Of a stretch of 64,000 nucleotides of DNA, positions 51,396 through 63,920 are shown one piece after another; position 1 is the first letter of the stretch, and each line of letters begins with the position of its first letter. The notes beneath the pieces are model-generated. The model saw only the letters and a program-made list of their open reading frames with translations, did no database searches and had not been told where the DNA came from. The DNA is from Adineta vaga. Its lineage: Eukaryota > Animalia > Rotifera. Location of the stretch: the NCBI GenBank assembly GCA_021613535.1, contig CP075496.1:4898001-4962000 (forward strand), in the 5' to 3' direction. The position numbers and the translations under genes are program-made.

Positions 51396-54300
51396 TCAAG
51401 TATGAATTATCATATCAGAAGTATATTCATGAAAATTAATATATGGATGTTGATTTAATCGTTGTATAATCTCTTCCGATGATGGTTCTGTTATATTCGA
51501 TCTGAAAAAGATTATATTTCATCAGTTTTAATTTCAAAGATAATCTTTGCTCTCATACATACCGATATATATCATACATATTCGAGACAAGTAATTCTTC
51601 CTGTTGATCAGCTCGTTTTTTTTTCGCATCATGAATCTGAATGCAATGGAAATTAATGAAGAAAATGAGTCGCTGTAAACTTACATCACCACTTAATGCT
51701 AGACAAATATTCAATCCAATATTAGTAACAAATAAATACCAGAAAATAAAATATAATTCACTCCATCTATGACATATTTGAGAGAAAAATCAAATAGATT
51801 AAAAAAAAAGAAACATTCTTTTACTTTGAATTGGTAGCATCACGAAATCCATTGACAAAGACAAACCATTGATTAACAATCATGATATGATATAATGTTA
51901 CCATGGATGACTATAATATTCACATATGTATATCAAACAAAAACATGATAGTCGAGATATACGTACATAAAAATCATCGAATCCATTTGACCAATATCCC
52001 AATTGTTGATAACTTCCACATACACTAAAAAATTTCGTTTTTATATGATAGAACAATCTATAGAATTAACTTACGTTTGATTCGAGAGATTTGAACGTTT
52101 ATAAAGTTCGTCAACAGCACCACCAAATAATTCCATTCCAAGTATTGAATAGGCATAATAACAACTCTAGAAAGTTATAGTTCTACGAATTTCTCTCGAT
52201 ATGAAAAATATTCTACAAACAAATAGAACACCAAAGAAAGCTCCACCATTTCGAACTTCATCAATTACAGTTCCAACAATAATTCGAATATTTTTTGATG
52301 CAGGTAGAAAACGAATCAATCGATAGATAAATAACATATTAAACGTTTTAATTCCTGCCCAAAGTGTAAAAACAGATCTTTCTTTTTCTTTTGAATCAAC
52401 ATGTCTATTCAATAAACAAATGAACAGTATAATCATCGAATTCAATTCACTTTCTTACACTAATGAAATCACTGGTGTTCCATGTATCATCATATAAATG
52501 ATTTGTAAGATCTATTTAGATTAGATATAAACATAGTTTTTCGATAAAATAAATAAATTCAAATTTCGACTTACTAAACATGAAAATGCAACAGTTGCTT
52601 CTAAAATATGTATAGTTGATGAACGAAAGAATTTACTTGGACCATATGCCCATGCTTTAACAATGATTTCCAAGACGAAATAAATCATTAAACTTAAATT
52701 AACAAATGCTAATGGTACAATATACATAATAATATCTCGATAATTAGTATTTAGACGATGATTACTGATTTCAATCTATGAAAAATAAATTCCAAATTTA
52801 AGTATTCAGTTGAAAATAAATATTTAACTTTACTGTAACAAGTAGAACACTTAAGATAGCAAATATAGTTCCGATTAAATCAAATGCTTTCGATCGTCCA
52901 ACAGTTTTCAATCGATCAAGTAAAGTTTCGTTTAAGCTTTGAATTGGAATTTCCTTCAACGAAATACATTCAATTTATTCTTCTACTTTTCAATTCATTT
53001 TCTTACTGGCATCAAATTTGGATTGAGATCTAATAATTGCATAATTCTAGAATATTGATCCAAACTAATCGTTTCATCTGCATGTCGGAATTCATTCAAA
53101 TTCTATATGAAAATAGATCCATCGATTATAACTCTCTCTCTCTTTTTCTGGACGAACTTGATTAATTAAATCAAAATGCCATTTGTTCATTGATACAGAT
53201 TCTAACACTGTTTGTATGACTGATATTGGTACTGTATCTCTATAGAAATCAAAATCATGTTTTCAATAGTATAATCTCTTTTCTCGTCATGGTAATACTT
53301 CGTTTCGATTGATCCATTTGATAGGACACGTTTTTTCAAAATTTCAAACGATGCTCGTATAGCAATTCGTCGCCGTAATAAAGAATTAATAATTGAATTT
53401 AGAAAATATCCTCGAAATGCTCGATAAACAACTGCAGTAATGATATTTTGCAAACAATAGATGCCTGAATGAAATCAAAATAAATTTACCATTCTGATTA
53501 TCATGTTTCCTACATTTTACCAATAATAACAAAAACGATGAAAAATAATGAGTTCAATCGTCGATCAGAATATGCTGAAAGAACAATTCTAATGATTAAA
53601 AGACGATAATAAGGAGAAGAATTCTCTACCTGGCATCATAACATCAGGATTATTTGCAGTAGAATATAATACAAGTAATTGAAAGATTGAATCATGTAGA
53701 TTATCAAAATAAGTCTTATTTTGCGTATCAGGTCGAATCTAAAACAGCAAGATTTTTTTTTGCTGCGAAAGAAAATAATTGTGATGAAAATATACATCAG
53801 ATCTAGGAAATAGAAACATAGCCATAACAGCAAAGAAGAGTATATGAATCAATGCTAATGAGATACATCTAGAAAATGAAAATGAAATGATTGATTGATT
53901 AGTTTAATATTTTGAAATCTTTTCATACGCTATGATAGTTAATGATTGTTTGTGTACTGCTTTAAAAGCTTTTTTCATTAATTGTGACGATTCAATAAGG
54001 AATATTGGACGTAGAATACGTCGAAGACGAAACTAAAATATTTACATGTATTCTAATAACATAAAACGTGTACTCAATCATAATTTTTTTTACATACACC
54101 TTGATATGTTCGATTAAAAATGATGAACAATGCAAACCATTCACATAATGAATAGACGACACTAATTATAAAGATAAGTATCCAAAATCGCTTTCGAATA
54201 TGTTTTATACCAAGACATTGAACCTAATTCACTATGTTCTTGATGAATAGAAAGCAATATTTCATTCTTACTTTTGTACAAATATACAATAGAAACCAAA

Positions 54301-54839
54301 AAAGTGTAAATCCTTCAATGATGAGAAGTCCATAATATGGAAAGACAATTCGATTGGGATGATAACGAATATCAGATGTAATACTAAATGAAGATGGTGA
54401 TTCGACTAATGCTAAACTAAGATTTATTAACAGAATAATCTGATGTAATCTAGAGTTGATCAATATTGATGAAAATATCATTGGAAATTTTTTTTCTTCG
54501 GTTTACTTTCTAATGAATGGACTTGAAAACCATCGATAGATTAATAAATATTTTCGTGTAATTTTATGTGTAATGGATTGATAATTTATAGCATCTTCGA
54601 GAAAAACAGTTGCACATAGAAGAATATTTGAAGCTATAAAAAGAAAATTTGTTTTATTTAATCATCTGATGTTCTATTCTATATGACATACGCCAAATAC
54701 ATTGTTCATTATCAAGATAATCTCCATGAAGAGATTTTGGTAAACCGAGAAATTTCTTTAGACGATCTTTGATCGTTTCAGACGGTACACGAATAATCAG
54801 ATCTGCTTGACTAGATTCAATTATTTCCTCCCTTTCCAT
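51396..54839 (-). CDS. TPCN2: Two-pore channel 2 (endolysosomal cation channel), multi-exon
   Basis: AVVFLEDAIKY-like TVFLEDAIKYQSITHK, LALVESPSSFSITSDIR, RRILRPIFL, LYSTANNPDVMMPAYS, QNIITAVVYRAFRGY, YAYSILGMELF, QQLGYWSNGFDDF, MIVNQWFVF and C-terminal EEIIQRLNQHPY typical of TPC2. Confidence 0.92.
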
Positions 54840-54945
54840 ATCTACAAATGATAAGTTTTTGTTAAAATTATTTGAAAAATTGGAATTATATTACAAAAAC
54901 AAACGAAACAATCAAAACAAAAGAATACAAAAATGGTATGATTGA

Positions 54946-56370
54946 TCAGCATTTTCTTGTTGTATTCAGATAATGTTTAGCAAGATCTTCTCGAAATTGC
55001 TCAAATAATAGCAGAGAAGTATCATCATCAATTAATTCCGTATCAGGTAATTGAGATTTAACAAGGAAACCTAATCGATAGAGATAGATATTATTCAATA
55101 CTACATAATCGTAACCAGCGACATAACTTTCACAACACTGAAATAGAGAGAATAAAAACATTGTAAAAAGAAGAATTTATTGTAAAAAAATCTTACTTGA
55201 CTAACACGAGCATGTGCATGTGCTTTAAAACGAGGATCATATGTAGGTACATCTTTTGGTCCAACATAAAATGGTTGCCATGGATGTCCATAATGTGGTC
55301 GAAAAAGAGGAACAATTTTATCATTACTTGCTTCTTGTTTCCATGCTTGATAGTTTGTTAAAAATTGACATGTTGGACATACTTCAGCTTGATACGGTTG
55401 TAATTGATGATCATTCCATAAAAGAATTAATTCATTTTTATTTTGTGGTAAAGGTGCTGAATTTTTTACTGCATCAAGATGAATTTCAAATGCTGGTAAC
55501 ACATAGAGTGTACGATTGAATTGTTCAGTTGTTTTCGTTTGAGTATAAAATGCAACAAGATGATGAAATAGATCAGGAGCAGGATATACATCAATATCAA
55601 GTGTAAGAATATATTGAACAGTTAATAATGGTGTACCAAGACGAGCGACATTACGAAGAAGATTTGATGGATATGGTGTGGAATCTGTTTCATCCGTATG
55701 ATTAATATAATTGATAAATTGACAACTAACAGCATATTTAACACTATGAGTATTATGTTGATTGGAAATTGAACCTAAATAATGTATGAGTAAGATTAAT
55801 AGAATTTATTATAGAATTGAATCGCTTACGTTCATAAGCTTTCGCTGACATAATTAAATGTACATTGAGCACTTTGAATAATCTTCGATTACATCGAAAC
55901 CATATTGATGCATAATCAATATCATCACTTGCTCGAGCACCTTTAACATATAAACTTAATGATATAGGACCATCCCATACTTTCGTGTGATTTAATAATG
56001 AATGAAGATTTTCAATATTTGTATGTAGATTTAATGCTAATAGATCGGCATTTTTCGTCAGATTACTTTGATATTGTACAAAATTCTGTACAATTAGATA
56101 ATTTCCTGAACTATCAAAACGTTTTTTCAATTCAATTGTTTTATAATATGGACGTGTGTCGAGATCATAATCAGGTTCATGAATATCTTCTTGCAAATAT
56201 AATATACTGGAAAAAAGGACACCATTAATGATATTTATAATTAAAAAACCGCAAATAAGAATGAGAAAAGCTCTTAGAATTTGTTTTAATTTTGGTCGTC
56301 TATGGAAGAGAAGATGATATCGAAGAAAATATCGTCGAATACGTAGCATATATCGTTGCGTAGCAAACAT
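54946..56370 (-). CDS. B4GAT1: Beta-1,4-glucuronyltransferase 1-like (GT49) type II Golgi glycosyltransferase (3 exons)
   Basis: N-terminal TM, WDGPISLSLY, YPSNLLRNVAR, LDID (DxD), VLPAFEI..PQNKNEL, WQPFYVG, PTYDPRF and RVSQCCESYVAGYDYVVLNNIYL. Confidence 0.88.
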
Positions 56371-56399
56371 GTTTGAATCTCAAAACACTTAATAATTAT

Positions 56400-56870
56400 T
56401 TATTTAAATGTTGATTGAATTGTTCGCGTATATGGTGTAAGTAATTGATTTAATCCAAAATCTGACCACTTATTTTGGGTTTCGTCGACGATTTCCGAAA
56501 GTAATGTTAAATCACTTTCAGATTCGTCTGGATCGTACAATAAACTATGATTATAACCAATTCCTGTACCGTGATGATTTGTTCCCGTACTTCCACTAAC
56601 TCCTGTACTATCTCCACCAGTTATATGTGGAGTTGTTCCGTGCGAGGTAGTACTTCCTGTTGCAATACCGGATGTAGTTCGTCCTGCTAAACTTACTCCT
56701 CCGCCTCCTCCTCCGACACCTATACTACTACTAGCAGCTGCTGCTGATGCAAGTAGATGATTAGCGTCTGAATTAGAGTCGGGATTTCCTAAATGTGGTA
56801 GTTCGTCGAGAATCCAAGCACGATCAATTAATGAAAATTGCCTCCCATCGGGCAAATAAATACCATCCAT
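56400..56870 (-). CDS. ANAPC13: Anaphase-promoting complex subunit 13 with a long Gly/Ser/Thr-rich insertion (intronless)
   Basis: MDGIYLPDGRQFSLIDRAWILDELP and VDETQNKWSDFGLNQL correspond to the two conserved Apc13 blocks (human DGRILDLIDDAWREDKLP and VKEQEMKWTDLALQYL, recalled). Confidence 0.85.
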   Translation of the reverse strand: MDGIYLPDGRQFSLIDRAWILDELPHLGNPDSNSDANHLLASAAAASSSIGVGGGGGGVSLAGRTTSGIATGSTTSHGTTPHITGGDSTGVSGSTGTNHHGTGIGYNHSLLYDPDESESDLTLLSEIVDETQNKWSDFGLNQLLTPYTRTIQSTFK

Positions 56871-57138
56871 TTTGAAAACATAAAGTAATAGATCTAGAAA
56901 AGAAGAAAAAATGTCGATATGAGAAATAAACATTAATCTAAAACAATATGTAGCTCTGTTTTTGATAAAATAAATAAAAACAAAAGAAACAATTTTGGAT
57001 AAAGTTTAATTGATATATATATATATATAAATCTTGTATCCGAAAATGACTAAGATAAAAAATAAATTAAAAATATCGAAACCATGCTGAGAAACGATAT
57101 ATTTTTGTCGAATATTTGTTGCATTGCGTTCGTATTCA

Positions 57139-59291
57139 TTAAGATGGATGGTTCTTTTCAAAAATTAACGGTGATGTTTTTAAACGTCGATCAACTGCAG
57201 CTACTAATGCAGAGCCTTTCGATGAACCATCTTCCGAAAGAACGGTACGATGCTATGACAAAGACATTGAACAAAATAGAATGGAATTCGTTTTTTTTTG
57301 TTGAGAACTTACTGTTCGTAGGACAAGTCGACCTAGAGTACGAGTGAGATTCTGTTTGAATTGTTCATGATGACGGAAAAGTGTGCCATCAATCGCAACT
57401 GTAACTGACGACATATTGAGACGATTAATAAGAACAGCAATAGCTAAAAACATGCAGGAAAAGAAGAAATTATTTATGCACGACTAAGTAAATCTACTAT
57501 GAATTTTATCTTAATGATGAAAATAGAATTATCGAAGAAAAGACATTCTTTATCAAGAAACTATTTTAAATAAACACTCTTTGGATTTATTCGAAGAGGT
57601 TGATTGTTTTGATTTACCTGCTGCAGCTAATTTGGCTGCTCGAAGTGACACTGTCTTGCATACTTCTCGAATGATATAACAATCATCATAGGATGGTTCA
57701 TGAATACCAATAGAAGTGAGAATTGTAGCAGTAGTTGATAGATCTTCAGCTAAAATAAATATGTCACTTTAAAAAATTCTTAAATTTTCGATTTGTTTTC
57801 TTTTACTTCGATCATTTTCAATATCAGCAACATGTTTTGCATAGAAACTTCCTAAAAAGTTCATATAAAAACTTTTTCTATTGTTTTATTTCAATGATTT
57901 TTTTTCACCTCTTAAAATGAGAAAGATATTATAATCAGGTCGAATACTCGGTGATTTTTGCATACGTCCAGGAAAAAGAATGGAACGTTGTACTAAATCA
58001 ACAATAATCAAACGAACAATTTCACCAAGATACAAAGCTAGAATAAATCACATCAGTTTACAAATAATCAATACTATCAATTAAAATTTTTGTACCTGAA
58101 ATCATTTTTTCGAAAACTTGTTGATGTGGTGTTAAACTTGACTCATCAAGTTCACGATCAATATCCGTTCGGATAAAATCTAAACATCCATTCTAAATTC
58201 AAGAACATATTCATGAAGAGAAAATATTCATATAAATCAAAATAGTTTACAAACTTTGCCTAATGCACCCCATTCTGTATTGATAATCACTTGCTTGGTT
58301 AGATCATCTCGTGCTCCTTTCCATTTTGGTACATTATCAAGATTTTCAAAATAACATGCATTCATTCCTAAAATAAATGAATCATTGAACAAAAACAAAA
58401 ACCAAACTATTGAATTTGTTTTTTATCGATTTACCAGTGCCGAGAATAACACCCGCTTTACAATCACGATATGTTGAACTACAAGCCATTAATGTTCCAA
58501 CTGTATCATTAACTAGAGCAACTACTTGAACTTTCAGACCCCTTCGTCTATTGATTGCTTGTTGTAACATCAGTACAACATCATGTCCAACAACACTAGT
58601 ACAACTAAAACCTTTTGTCCATGATACTAATGTGGCTTCTCGAAGACTTTTTTGTAGACAAGGAAAACTAAATGTAAAAGCTAAAAAAGAAAATAGATAA
58701 TCACTGAATTATAAGTAGAAAACAATTCTTACCTAAATCAAATTTATAATCAGCCGATTTAAGTGAAGATAATTTATTATCATCAATAAATCTTTGTAAA
58801 CATTCAGCAATATAATCAAATAATTTCTCTCCTTCACCTAACAATAATGAATGTGGAATGAGAAAGATTTTGTTATTTAAACGCATTCGATTTCTTCCTT
58901 CAATAACGACATGTGAAACACGAAAATTTGAACCACCTAAATCGACAACTAAATATTCTCCGGATTCTTTGCCACTTGGTCCATGATGAACATAAGTTGG
59001 AAACATAGCTAAATCATTCACTACTGGATCATCTACTTTTAATCCATTTGTCATTTCAGTATTTAAATTTGCCATAACACGACGAAGTTGTTCTTCAGTT
59101 AATTCAAATGGTCGAAGAATATTTCTGACTTCATCGCGTAGAATAATTCGTTTCGAACTTTGTGTTTGTCGATGAATGTAATATGCTGCAAGGCCAATTG
59201 TCGTTAAAACTCCTGTAGTTATTCCAACAATTTTCAATGTTTTAATCACATCTATTTTGAATTCAATGATATAATCGGATGATCTAGCCAT
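57139..59291 (-). CDS. Hexokinase (single-domain) with N-terminal hydrophobic anchor, multi-exon
   Basis: [93 protein letters not shown] and [15 protein letters not shown]. Confidence 0.96.
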
Positions 59292-59553
59292 CTGAAAAAA
59301 GTTTTAGACATACATGGAATACATAGTTTTATCTTTGATTCTTTATTTCTTAAATAGAACACACACGCACACGTAGGAGTTGATAAAATCTTTATTACTT
59401 GTATAAATAAAAATAAAAATAATATCAGATTTAGTGCGCATACATGTTATGAGAATTTTCCCCAAAAAAGAAAGAATATCACATGATAAATGAAGAGAAG
59501 ACAAAAAAATCGAAAAGCAAAAGCAATTGAAGGTATATGTCTTAATAAATCAT

Positions 59554-60463
59554 TCACGCTTCTTCCATTTGAACACCAAATGCTTCTTGATTTGGAGTTT
59601 GATGAAAAAGGGCATGGAGAATAATAATAAATACCGAAGCACCTAAAAAACGAATGATAAATTTCTGAAATATTTTCATAGCATTCACAAATATTTACCT
59701 AAAATCCAAAAGATTGCCGAACCAGCACCAACCATCAAAAGTAATGGAATACAAAGGCAAAATACTGCTAAATATTGATGAGTTAATGCAATTTGACGTC
59801 CTAAAATAAGACCAAAAATGATATATTCATTTTTATTTTACAATCAAAATCGTTTACCCATAACTGTTAGTTGACTTTCACGATTTTTCAAACTAACTAA
59901 ATAACAACCTGCACCCGTTGCTAATAAAACAAAGAGTAAAGCCGGTGTAGTGATTCTATATATAAATTACAAGTATATATTTTTTTTCTCATTGAAATAA
60001 AAGAATATCTTATCTTACATGCAATAGATTGATAAGATGACAATAACAATGAAATAATTTGTTTGAAAATGTTCAACATTTAAAACAAGACGATGTGCAC
60101 CTAAAAGAAATGATTCATCATTTTAAATACATGCAATTACAAATCATGTTACCAGCTTTCACGTTCGCTGGTAGTTTAAATTGATTGGTATTGAAAAATT
60201 CCATCCATGGACGTAAACTTTGACGTTGTCGAGTATATAAATCATTAACATTTAATTTCTGTAGATTGGTTAATGCCCAAGTTGACCTAATGAATTTAAC
60301 AAAAGAATAGCAATTATCATTAATAACATGCTCATAGTTACATATTGTTATTAGGTGAACTGATATTGTTGTCAGTTGGAGTACCAAGTGGTACTTCGGT
60401 ATGTTGCGATGATGGAGGAACGATATCGCCGGTAAGTTGTTTTGTTGCTGACATGTCACTCAT
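59554..60463 (-). CDS. RABAC1: Prenylated Rab acceptor 1 (PRAF1), multi-exon
   Basis: SLRPWMEFFNTNQFKLP..RLVLNVEHFQTNYF..IYCIITTPALL and GAGSAIFWILGASVFIIILHALF; ends QMEEA*. Confidence 0.92.
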
Positions 60464-60762
60464 TTGAAAAAAAGACGCAAATGACTAAACGAGAATGAAT
60501 AAGGTCTCAAGAGTAAATGATGACACAGTCTTGAAAAAGAGAACAAAATAAAAATAAATACAAATCAAATAGAAGTTATTTTATTGGACCAATTATAAAT
60601 GAGATATAGATGACGTTAGTAGAAACTGCTGCATCTGTTGTATAAAGTTTTTCAATACAAGAGAAAACGTGTTATTAAAAATGGAGTTGTGAATTTCTTT
60701 AGTTTTTCTTTCTTTTTCAAACTAATTATCCATTTTTTTTATTTTATAACGGAGGAAGAAAA

Positions 60763-61168
60763 TTATCGATCGATAGCAAACGGATAAGCAATATTTATGT
60801 CTTTTACACCACCACCATCACCACCAGCGTTGGGTGTTGTCCAAAAGCTCAGTCGATCCAAGCAAACGTTGAACAAGGCTTCTGATACAAATACTTGTTC
60901 ATATTCTTTTCTCTCTGTATGATTGATGAAGTAATATGTTTCTGCTACAAACCCGTCTTGATCTCCAAATCCTTCACATGAACCACAAGCATATCCATGA
61001 ATTCTATGTTGTAACATGATCACCTGTTTCACAAGGTGGATCACAAACAATAAATCTTTCGGTAATAGTCATAGCAGCAACTACAACATCTTAAGCATGA
61101 ATCACGATTAATTTAAAAAAAAATTTAACCATAGATAAAAGAAGACCGATGTAGAATAAACGACTCAT
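60763..61168 (-). pseudogene. Small Cys-containing secreted protein, reading frame disrupted (pseudogene or consensus error)
   Basis: TATATAAA at about 61226-61233 on the minus strand. Leader MSRLFYIGLLLSM..VVVAA, then TITERFIVCDPPCETGDH and, in another frame, QHRIHGYACGSCEGFG..CLDRLSFWTTPNAGGDGGGVKDINIAYPFAIDR*. The frames do not join cleanly. Confidence 0.5.
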
Positions 61169-62003
61169 GATGATTGAAAATGAATGAATATTTGGTAATA
61201 TACTATTATAGAAATTGAACACGCTTTATATAGACGACAGAGAGAGAAGGAGTGTTCAAGCTTTTATGATAACACACGTGAGATGGTAAAGTGGAATATA
61301 CAATTGTTAGTTATCTCGTCGAAAGAAAGAGAGAGATGGTATTAATTATTATATTGTTGTTTATTGAAAAAATGCAAACAGTTCATAGCGATAAGAATAG
61401 AATGGATTGATGAAATAATAACGCAGGTTCGATTACATACATAAACTGAAATATATTTGGAATATTTTTGCGAAAAGGAATTTTTATTTAAAGAGAAATG
61501 TCTATTAAAGAGAATTTCTCAATAATTTATATTCTTGTGTTAGATTTATCCTTTTGTAATTGTTTGTGGATTATAAATACAACAGGTGACATATTCTATA
61601 CTTTTCATCTTGAATTTCGATTGTTGCATATATCTAAAGAAATGACTGCATTTATTTCGGTATTATAAGTTAATAAACAAATGGCATTAAGGTTAAAAAT
61701 GAATATATACCTTCATGTATTTTATTCTAGAATAATCGCATTAGAATAAATATTCCTCTGATTTTTATTCCTCGTAGTTGTATAATACGTTGAACAAGAA
61801 AGAAACAAATATAGATAATATCATTTTTTCATTCATTCGCTCATCAATAGTCAACTTAGATTACATTCCATTCACACTGAAAAAAATTAAACGAATTAAG
61901 CCACGTGATTGGTGCATTATAACGTTTGGGGTCATACAGATGACATATAGATAAAAGAGCATATTTCGAAGTTATCAATGAAAACACGGAGATGAAAATA
62001 ACT

Positions 62004-63920
62004 ATGCAACATTCATCGGTCCAATTAAATGACTTACCTGATGAAATCCTTATAATTATTTTGAAAAAATTGGACTACGATTAAATACTCTATTCTATAA
62101 GCGGTGTTAATAAACGGCTCACTACGTTGGTACAAGATACAATTTTTACACGTCATTTAACATTGATGAAATATTTCTCTGATAATTCTTTCCAATCGTT
62201 ATCTGATACAATACTTGATCGGTTTTATTCAGAAGTTTTACCTTCGATTCATCATAAAATCCAATGGCTTGATGTTGAATTATCATCTATAGAACGTATT
62301 GTTCTTTGTGGAAATTATCCTAATTTATGCAAACTGGGTCTATATAACCTTGAAATAAAAAGAGCGAAACATCTATTTACTGGTAAGACATTTTATCTTA
62401 GTTGTCTTTGATTTCTGAACAAATAGTATGCATTGCATTCATCTCACAGTAAATTTGACAGAACTGAGTAAATCATTGAATATTGGATTGATAAAAAATT
62501 AGTTTTACCTTTGAATATAGACTCTGAATAAGAATAGAGTCTTTATCAGAAAAAAGGTTGTTTGTAAACATTTCTATTGGAAATAAGGTTTTTCTCAAAT
62601 GATGTATATAGACGATTAATTTCTTTGTAAAGGCTTTTGTATTTATATTTAGATGAAACTATTTTCAGCGACTCATTTAAAAATAAGATTATATCGCTTC
62701 ATATTAGTACAGATGAAAAGCAAAGTGCAACGAACGATGATAATACAAACTTATAGATATCTTTACCGTGTTCAACAATCTACAGGAATTCAAATTCGAT
62801 TCAAATTCAATTAATCCTATACACTCATCGTTTGATATTTCACCTCCAAATTTTATTTCTTCAACTCTGTTAGAATTACATGTTAATGTAACCCATTTCT
62901 ACGACTGTATTTGTTTACTTGATGAACGTTTTTCTCAACTTCAGGCCCTTTATGTTAACACTATTTGGATTCGTCGTTCTTCACTTCGAACAATCAATAA
63001 TATGGTAGATTATTTGCATTAATATCTAATTTATTCAAATGATATTCTATTTTTTTTAGGAAAATTTACTGAATTTAAAATGCTTTTCTTTACGTTGTGA
63101 TACTATTACAGTTCATTACGATGAATTAATTCTTCCACTTTTACATAGAATGATAAATATAGAAAAACTTGATTTATATCTTCAAATTACTGACAGGAAA
63201 ATGTATATTGATGGAAATGATTTGAAAAGAAATATTATCAGTCATATGTCACAATTAAATCGATTTAAATTTAACATTCACTCAACTGTTTATGATCATA
63301 AAGAAATTAGTTTATTATCAAATGAAGATATTCGACATACATTCAATGATTTTCAAAATAGTAAAATTATTTCTTGTGTTGATTATTTTCCCGAAATGGA
63401 ACGAGGCCAATGCCATATTTATTCATATCCGTATGAATTAAAAGAATATCACCAAATAACAAATAATTTTCCAGGTGGATCATTTAAACATGTTCGTGAA
63501 ATATCATTATTTGATGTACGACCTTTTGAACATAAGTTTTTTCTTCAAATTTCTCAATCGTTTCCACTTATCAAAAAATTAACATTGGTTAATGAGAAAC
63601 CACAAAATGATAAACGAAATACAAAATTAGATGATAAAGATCAACATTCATCAACGAGTGAATATCCACATCTTGCTTATCTTAATCTTGAGGAAGCACA
63701 TGATGATTACATCGAACAATTTCTTGTTCATACAAAGACCTTTCTACCAAATAATGTTTATCTCTCTGTCGATTATCAAGTACTGAAAAGGGTGACACAA
63801 CATTTTAAAAGAAATACAACGCGAATAAATTGCGTTAAACTAGATTATTTATGTCTAATTGGAAAATGTCGAATTCCTAAATATGTAAGAGAATATTTTC
63901 CTCATACAAAAATGTTATGA
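62004..63920 (+). pseudogene. Bdelloid-type F-box/LRR protein gene with premature stops
   Basis: F-box LNDLPDEILIIILKKL, in-frame TAA at 62082-62084, and a second stop/frame break at about 62755. Family motifs ILDRFYSEVLPSIH, DCICLLDERFSQL and CHIYSYPY..ITNNFPGG..ISLFDVRPFEHKFFLQISQSFP are present. Confidence 0.8.

Noticed and set aside
61420-61440. GGTTCGATT resembling a tRNA T-loop/B-box (also at about 35425)
   Set aside because: No cloverleaf stems or A-box around it.
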